Positions 55,938 through 64,000 of a stretch of 64,000 nt of DNA are shown piece after piece. The stretch's first letter is position 1. Every line of letters starts with the position of its first letter. Below the pieces are notes generated by a model, which saw only the letters and a program-made list of their open reading frames with translations, was not told the DNA's origin and did not search any database. The stretch comes from Octopus vulgaris (Eukaryota). The stretch lies in the NCBI GenBank assembly GCA_951406725.2, contig CATOCA020000004.1, forward strand, positions 248,001 to 312,000, in the 5' to 3' direction. Position numbers and translations under genes: made by a program.

Positions 55938-56489
55938 GAGTGAGAGAGCAGTGCATGCCATCAAAGTGACACTGGGGTAAAATATACGAAGCCCAATATA
56001 CCCATCATAACTACCCGTCTGATAAGGGTACACCAGGCACATGCATCACAACCGTATGTGCGCGACATGGTGATCTCATATCAAGATAAACAGCACATGA
56101 CCTTGCAGGTGGGGCCCAGTTAGAATTTTCTTCAGGTTGAGTAGCCCATCCCGCTCAAAAGGTCCCTGAATAAGGGTTGTTTAAGGATGTTGAAAGAACC
56201 ACACATGTTTCCAGAGGTGAATTATTCAAACCCCAAAGAATCCTTCTCAACACATGGCTATGATGCTCCCCAACTACTTCAGCTCCTGAACAGAGATGCA
56301 CATATCGTCAGCCACTAAGGGACATGCTCAACTGGTTAAGGTCAAACAACTGACAAGCAAATCTGTGGTATTGAGCAGAATATTTGCTGTAGCCCATCTT
56401 TTATACCAAGACAAAACAATGTACATGATAACACTTCCAATCAGTTAAGATCAGAAGCCATGAGAGCCACTGCCTGGTACTGCATCAGG
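55938..56489. mobile_element. Repeat D, opposite orientation to 10001, in (ATT)n
   Basis: Reverse complement of 10001-10557. Confidence 0.9.
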
Positions 56490-56493
56490 TAGT

Positions 56494-56537
<44 letters not shown>

Positions 56538-56538
<1 letters not shown>

Positions 56539-56757
56539 GGCGGTGAGCTGGCAGAATCGTTAGCACGCCGGGCGAAATGTTTAGCGGTATATCGCTTGTC
56601 GCTACGTTCCGAGTTCAAATTCCACCGCGGGCGACTTTACCCTATATCCTTTCGGGGTCGATGAATTAAGTACCAGTGAAACACTGGTGTCCGATGTAAT
56701 CGATTCATCCCCCTCCTTCGAAATTTCAGGCCTTGTGCCTTTTATAGAAAGGAGCAT
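56538..56757 (+). mobile_element. SINE family B with tail 2
   Basis: Consensus match; flanked by (ATT)n. Confidence 0.82.
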
Positions 56758-56777
56758 TATTATTATTATTATTATTG

Positions 56778-57771
56778 ATTGTGAGAGCAGTGCATGCCAT
56801 CAAAGTGACACTGGGGTAAAATATACGAAGCCCAGTATACCCATCATGACTACCCATCTGATAAGGGTACACCAGGCACATGCATCACAACCATATGTGC
56901 GCGTCATAGTGATCTCATATCCAGATAAACAGCGCATGACCTTGCAGGTGGGGCCCGGTTAGAATTTTCTTCAGGACGAGTAATCCCCCCCGCTCAAAAG
57001 ATCCCTGAATAAGGGTTGTTTAAGGATGTTGAACGAACCACCCTTGTTTCCAAAGGGGAATTATCCAAACCTCTAAGAAGTCCTTTCAACACATGGCTAT
57101 GATGCTCCCTCACTACTTCTTCTCGTGATCAGAGATGCACATATTGTCAGCCACTAAGGGACATGCTCAACTGGTTATGGTCAAACAACTGACAGGCAAA
57201 TCTGTGGTATTGAGCAGAATATTTGCTGTAGCCCATCTTTTATACCAAGACAAAACAATGTACATGATAACACTTCCAATCAGTTAAGATCAGAAGCCAT
57301 GAGAGCCACTGCCTGGAACTGCATCAGGGCATTAGCAAATCTGTGGTATTGAGCAGAATATTTGCTGTGGCCCATCTTTTATACCAAGACAAAACAATGT
57401 ACATGATAACACTTCCAATCAGTCAAGATCAGAAGCCATGGTCCCTGAATAAGGGTTGTTTAAGGATGTTGAACGAACCACCCATGTTTCCAAGGGTGAA
57501 TTATCCAAACTCCAAAGGAACCCTCTCAACAAATGGCTATGATATTCCCCAACTACTTCTGCTCGTGATCAGAGATGCACATATTGTCAGCCTCTAAGGG
57601 ACATGGTCAACCGGTTATGGTCAAACAACTGACAAGCAAATCTGTGGTATTGAGCAGAATATTTGCTGTAGCCCATCTTTTATACCAAGACAAAACAATG
57701 TACATGATAACACTTCCAATCAGTTAAGATCAGAAGCCATGAGAGCCACTGCCTAGTACTGCATCAGGGCA
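56778..57771. mobile_element. Repeat D with internal reiterations
   Basis: Full copy, then a terminal segment via junction gggcatt|agcaaatc (57333/57334), then a partial copy. Confidence 0.88.
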
Positions 57772-57789
57772 TTATTATTATTATTATAC

Positions 57790-57935
57790 AGTTGTATATA
57801 TAAGAGATGAAGAATTAGGTACATTATTTACATTTGACGGATATTTGTCCTCATCTCTGATATACCCTCCAGCCTTCATCAGGTGTCTTGGGGAAATTTC
57901 GAACCTGGGTTCTCATTCCTAAGGTATTTTTCGAT
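57790..57935 (-). mobile_element. Element I: PLE-type fragment carrying only the 5' half of an HHR
   Basis: Minus strand acac-CTGATGA-A-GGCTG-gagggtatat-CAG; the GAAA half is absent. Confidence 0.4.
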
Positions 57936-58004
57936 GTTGTTGTTGTTGTTATTATTATTATTAATATCATCATCATCGTCATTATCATTATTATTATCAT
58001 TATT

Positions 58005-58246
58005 ATGGCATATTTTATACCAAGGCTAAGCAATGTACATGATAACACTTCCAATCACTTAAGATCAGAAGCCATGAGAGCTATTATTATTATTATTATT
58101 GTTGTTGTTGTTGTTGTTATTATTATTATTATCATTATTATTATTAAGGCATCTTTTATACCAAGATTAAACAATGTACATGATAACACTTCCAATCAAT
58201 TAAGATCAGAAGCCATGAGAGCTACTGCCTAGTACTGCATCAGGGC

Positions 58247-58277
<31 letters not shown>

Positions 58278-58420
58278 GTAGTATTATTGTTGTAGTTGTT
58301 GTTATTATTATTATTATTATGGCATCTTTTATACCAAGACAAAACAATGTACATGATAGCACTTCCAATCAGTTAAGATCAGAAGCCATGAGAGCCACTG
58401 CCTAGTACTGCATCAGGGCA
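58005..58420. repeat. Three short terminal fragments of repeat D separated by (ATT)n/(GTT)n
   Basis: ggcat.ttttataccaag...gaagccatgagagc three times. Confidence 0.85.
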
Positions 58421-58423
58421 TTA

Positions 58424-58455
<32 letters not shown>

Positions 58456-59034
58456 GTTGTTGTTGTTGGTGGTGGTGGTGTTGCTGCTGCTGCTGTTATT
58501 GTTTTTGTTGTTCTGTTGACATCAGACGGGAAGGGAAGGAAGTAGATGAAGATGAAAAATTAGGTCAACCTTCCCTGAAAGATAGACGTAGCTGCATTGT
58601 GTTACAAGCGGTTCACACTGATAATCGCTGCAGAAGTGTAACTGTATATTATGAGATGAATCGCAGTGTTTGTGCTCGGTGTGTGTCATAGGAGGGTCCC
58701 CGTCCCGTGGAGGGCTAGGGCTAGGGTTATATGGTCTGTACGAAAATGTCCTTCGTGTCACGGATTTCGGATTTAGAAATGCTTATACATGTAAACAGAT
58801 AGAGAGAGAGAGAAAAAGAGCGAGAGAGATAGAGAGAGGAAGAGAGGAGGAGAGAGGGGAGGGAGACAACAAAGAGCGAATGAGGGACAGGAAGATTATA
58901 TATATATATGTATATATATATATATGTTTGTATGTATGTATGTATATATATGTATATATATGTATGTATGTATGTATATATATATATATATGTTTGTATG
59001 TATGTATATATATAAATATGTATATATATGTATG

Positions 59035-59090
<56 letters not shown>

Positions 59091-59205
59091 CACACACACA
59101 CATATATATATATATACATACATATATACATACACATATATATATATATATACATACACACACATATATATATATATACATACATATATACATACACATA
59201 TATAT

Positions 59206-59256
<51 letters not shown>

Positions 59257-59257
59257 T

Positions 59258-59460
59258 AGTTAATCCAAACAAGAAAGCACAAAAACACAACAACGCGAGG
59301 ACGTGGAACAAATAAAGTATTATTGGATGCTCAGGAAAGAAGGAGGGTTTAACGTTTCGAGCGGAGCTCTTCGTCGGAAACATAGGAAAAGGAAAGATCC
59401 AGAGAAGGGAAGACAGAGGGAAAAAAATCGCCAACGGTACACACGCGGTCACATTTTGAA
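59258..59460 (-). mobile_element. Element E, complete ~200-bp copy in (TA)n, HHR motif at 59347-59381
   Basis: GTTT-CCGACGA-A-GAGC-TCC-GCTC-GAAA-CG-TT-AAAC. Confidence 0.78.
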
Positions 59461-59647
59461 TATATATATATATATATATACATACATATATAGTGAGAGA
59501 GAGAGAGACAGAAGAAGAGAGAGAAAGAGGAGGGAAACAGACAGACAGGGACCGAGTGAGGGACAAAGAGAGTGAGGGAGAGGAAGACAGAAACATTACA
59601 ATTTGAAAAATTGAACACAATTGACATAAAATGCTTTGCCTCTCCGA

Positions 59648-60046
59648 ATGATGATGATGATGAAGATGAGGAAGAAGAGAAGAAGAAGAAGAAGAAGAAG
59701 AAGAAGAAGAAGAAGAAGAAGAAGAAGAAGAAGAAGAAGAAGAAGAAGAAGACTAGAAGGAGAAGAAGTGAGGAGAAGGAGAAGAAGAAGAAGAAGAAGA
59801 CTAGAAGAAGGAGAAGGAGAAGAAGGAGAAGAAGAATTGGAAAAAGAAGAAGAAGAAGAAGACTAGAAGGAGAAGAAGAAGAGAGAAGAAGAAGAAGAAG
59901 AAGAAGAAGACTAGAAGGAGAAGAAGAAGAGAGGAGAAGGAGAAGAAGAAGAAGAAAAAGGAGAAGAAGAAGAAGAAAAAGGAGAAAAAGAAAAAGAAAA
60001 AGGAGAAGAAGAGGAAGAAAAAGGAGAAGAAGAAGGAGGAGAAGCA
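59648..60046. repeat. (GAT)n/(AAG)n polypurine tract
   Basis: Direct reading. Confidence 0.92.
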
Positions 60047-60459
60047 GAATAGGCAATAGCAGTAGATGTTGTTTAGCCTTGGGGTCCCACATCACTTATC
60101 ATTGAAGACCTCTGATGAAAAGTGTTCCATCTGCGACCATCTCATCTGTAATCCAGGGACATTGTCTACCATGGACGACATCACCTAACGCATCTCTAAC
60201 TATTGTTGCTGCTGTTGTTGTTGTTGTCGTTTGTCATCGTTGCTGTTAGCTTCCCACGTTCCGAGCGTTCCATACGTGACATTGTCGGACGTTTCGCAAG
60301 GATAGATCAGTCCTCCATTCTGAACTCCATCCTCAACTTCCTGTTGGAAGCTGAGTAATGAGGATGCGGATAAATAGTCAAAAATTTTCCAATGACATAC
60401 AACAGAACAGGGATACATGAGGAAACTCTCACTATCTATGTGTGTGTTTCTATTTGATT

Positions 60460-60503
60460 TTCCAGTTTCAGCTAATGAGCTGTGGCCATGCTGGGGCACC
60501 GCC

Positions 60504-60539
<36 letters not shown>

Positions 60540-60632
60540 ATGTAAAAAATAATAAAATAAATGCGCCCATTTAAAGCCTAGCCAGGCTCAAGGGCCCGGT
60601 TTCCTGATTTCTATGGCGTATGTGTTCGCCAG

Positions 60633-60635
<3 letters not shown>
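60460..60635 (-). mobile_element. Very short CR1-type 3' end (60460-60505) and a SINE C3-type tail fragment (60570-60635)
   Basis: ggcggtgccccagcatggccacagctcattagctgaaactgg; ggaaaccgggcccttgagcc. Confidence 0.6.
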
Positions 60636-60669
<34 letters not shown>

Positions 60670-61236
60670 CATATATATATATATATATATATACATACAT
60701 ACATATATATATATATACATACATACATACATATATATATACATACATACATACATATATATATATACATACATACATATATATATATACATACATACAT
60801 ATATATATATACATACATACATATATATATACATACATACATATATATATACATACATACATATATATATACATACATACATACATATATATATACATAC
60901 ATACATATATATATACATACATACATATATATATACATACATATATATATACATACATATATATATACATACATATATATATACATACATACATATATAC
61001 ATACATATATATATACATACATACATATATACATACATATATATATACATACATACATATATACATACATATATATATACATACATACATACATATATAT
61101 ATATATATACATACATACATACATATATATATATATAGATATATATACATACATACATATACATACATACATATACATACATATATATATATATATATAT
61201 AGATATATATACATACATACATATACATACATACAT

Positions 61237-61271
<35 letters not shown>

Positions 61272-61548
61272 GATATATATACATATATATATATAGATAT
61301 ATATACATACATATATATATATATAGATATATATACATACATACATATATATACATATAGATATATATACATACATACATATATATACATATAGATATAT
61401 ATACATACATACATATACATACATATAGATATATATACATACATACATATATATACATATAGATATATATACATACATACATATACATACATATAGATAT
61501 ATATACATACATACATATACATATATATAGATATATATACATACATAC

Positions 61549-61593
<45 letters not shown>

Positions 61594-61624
61594 CATACAT
61601 ATACATACATATACATACATACAT

Positions 61625-61655
<31 letters not shown>

Positions 61656-62068
61656 CATACATATATATATATAGATATATATACATACATACATATATAT
61701 ATATATACATATATACATATATGTATGTATGTATATATATCTATATATATATATATATACATACATATATATATATATATATATACATACATATATATAT
61801 ATATATATACATACATACATATATACATATATATACATACATATATATATACATATATACATACATACATATATATATACATATATATACATACATATAT
61901 ATATACATACATACATACATATATATATATACATACATACATATATATATACATACATACATATACATACATATATATATACATACATACATATACATAC
62001 ATATATATATACATACATACATATACATACATATATATATACATACATACATATACATACATATATAT

Positions 62069-62099
<31 letters not shown>

Positions 62100-62727
62100 C
62101 ATACATATATATATACATACATATATACATATATATACATACATATATATGCATACATATATACATATATATACATATATATGCATACATATATATGCAT
62201 ACATATATACATATATATACATATATATGCATACATATATACATATATATACATATATATGCATACATATATATGCATACATATATATATATATATATGC
62301 ATACATATATATGCATATATATATATATATGCATACATATATATAAATATATGCATACATATATATGCATATATATATATATATATATATATATGCATAC
62401 ATATATATATATATATGCATACATATATATGCATACATATATATATATATACATACATAAATATATATATATATATATATATACATACATATATATATAT
62501 AGATACATATACATATATATATATATACATACATATACATATATACATACATATACATACATAGATACATATACATATATATATATATACATACATATAC
62601 ATATATACATACATATACATACATATATATATACATACATATATATATACATACATATATATATACATACATATATATATATACATACATATATATATAC
62701 ATGCATATATATATACATACATATATA
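60636..62727. repeat. (TA)n/(CATA)n compound microsatellite
   Basis: Direct reading. Confidence 0.95.
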
Positions 62728-63160
62728 CTGGATAGAATACTGAGTATTCACTCTATATTGAGTGAGAACACGGTATGGACGGATTTTTGGAGTCCAATAA
62801 TACCCTGCACACCTATTTGATTATGAAGATTTACAAACATACTTTCTCAGTGATACTCAGTTTACCTACCATTATAAATAATACCAAATGTTCTTTCTCA
62901 GACTTTTCATAATGTGATACAAGTCTTTGGTGTAGCAATTGCATGCGGCTGATGAGGGCTTCTTTAAACTATCTGCTATGTCGATTATACATTGATGTAA
63001 GAATAAGTTGTTTTATAGAGCTCGAAACATATGTACCGCAACATCCTTTGTGTCCTGTTTTTCATTTATTTCATTTGATACATATATCCTCTCACCTAAG
63101 CTACAAGCTGGCATATACAGGTGCTTACATTTATCAAGTATTCACCATGAAATTATTGTG
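62728..63160 (+). mobile_element. Element H, single-arm copy
   Basis: Collinear with 46162-46522. Confidence 0.85.
62944..63040 (+). ncRNA. Type I hammerhead ribozyme with intact core and long stem II
   Basis: TGCGG-CTGATGA-GGGCT...AGCTC-GAAA-C-ATAT-GTA-CCGCA: 5-bp stem I, G-C closing pair on stem II, palindromic AUAU loop, GUA triplet. Confidence 0.82.
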
Positions 63161-63514
63161 TGTATATATATATATATATATAAATCCTTAAATCTATAAA
63201 AATGTTTTAGCCCGAAGGCCGCGGCCATGCTGGGGCACCATGGTTTTTATTTACATTTATATTTCCAACGATAGAGTGATAGCTTCCCACTCACCCACAC
63301 CTCTACTATTCCTGTTATGTCGTATGACATCAGAGTATTGTCGATATATATTATCAACGTTATTATTAGTGTTCAACGTTTCACAGGAAGATGAGGAAGT
63401 AGTTTAAAATGGGGGACGGACTATCCTTGCGATACGTCTGACGATGTCGCTGACAGACCACTCGGATCGTAGATTTCGTAAACGGAAAATGTAAGAAGCC
63501 CACAGTGTACACGT

Positions 63515-64000
63515 GTATACATACATACATACATACATACATACATGTACATGCATACATATATATATATATACATACATATATATATATATACATATAC
63601 ACATATACATACATATATACATATACATATATATATACATATACATACATATATATATATACATATACATACATATATATATATACATATACATACATAT
63701 ATATATATACATATACATACATATATATATATACATATACATACATATATATATATACATACATATATATATATACATACATATATATATATACATACAT
63801 ATATATATATACATACATATATATATATACATACATATATATATATACATACATATATATATATACATACATATATACATACATATATATATATACATAT
63901 ACATATACATACATATATATATACATACATATACATATACATACATATACATACATATACATATATATATATATATACATACATATATATATACATATAC
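63515..64000. repeat. (TA)n/(CATA)n microsatellite
   Basis: Direct reading. Confidence 0.95.

Noticed and set aside
58522-58785. Possible minus-strand exon ([25 protein letters not shown]...)
   Set aside because: The acceptor is plausible only because of a (CT)n tract; there is no recognisable domain, donor or partner exons.
59572-60105. Lys/Arg-rich protamine-like ORF
   Set aside because: It is a translation of an (AAG)n microsatellite.

Overview
Eukaryotic, very repeat-rich, apparently intronic or intergenic DNA. It is most likely from an octopus (coleoid cephalopod), judged from memory of its tRNA-derived SINE families and its extreme (TA)n/(TATG)n content. No host protein-coding exon can be supported, and almost all ORF-track entries are microsatellite artefacts. 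The window holds: several tRNA-headed SINE families (here called A, B, C and a CORE-type family) that share and swap tail modules; 3' fragments of CR1-group, Tx1-like and R4/Dong-like LINEs, two of which look like partner LINEs of the SINEs; a decayed mariner with both TIRs and nested insertions; a Tc1/maT-like 5' fragment; Helitron/DINE-1-like elements; and an unclassified ~560-bp (AAT)n-associated repeat (D). There is a 100-N gap at 47002-47101. The most notable signals are: (1) about six distinct families of hammerhead-ribozyme (HHR) motifs of the Penelope-like-element (PLE) type, including HHRs with a long stem II and a ~580-bp palindrome with one HHR on each strand; (2) a 167-bp satellite built from SINE-A Pol III heads; (3) a circularly permuted SINE; (4) a SINE subfamily with a Tx1-like tail that repeatedly lands at an AAATACC site inside older copies of its own family. 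Coordinates were read by eye and may be off by a few bases. No database search or folding computation was run.
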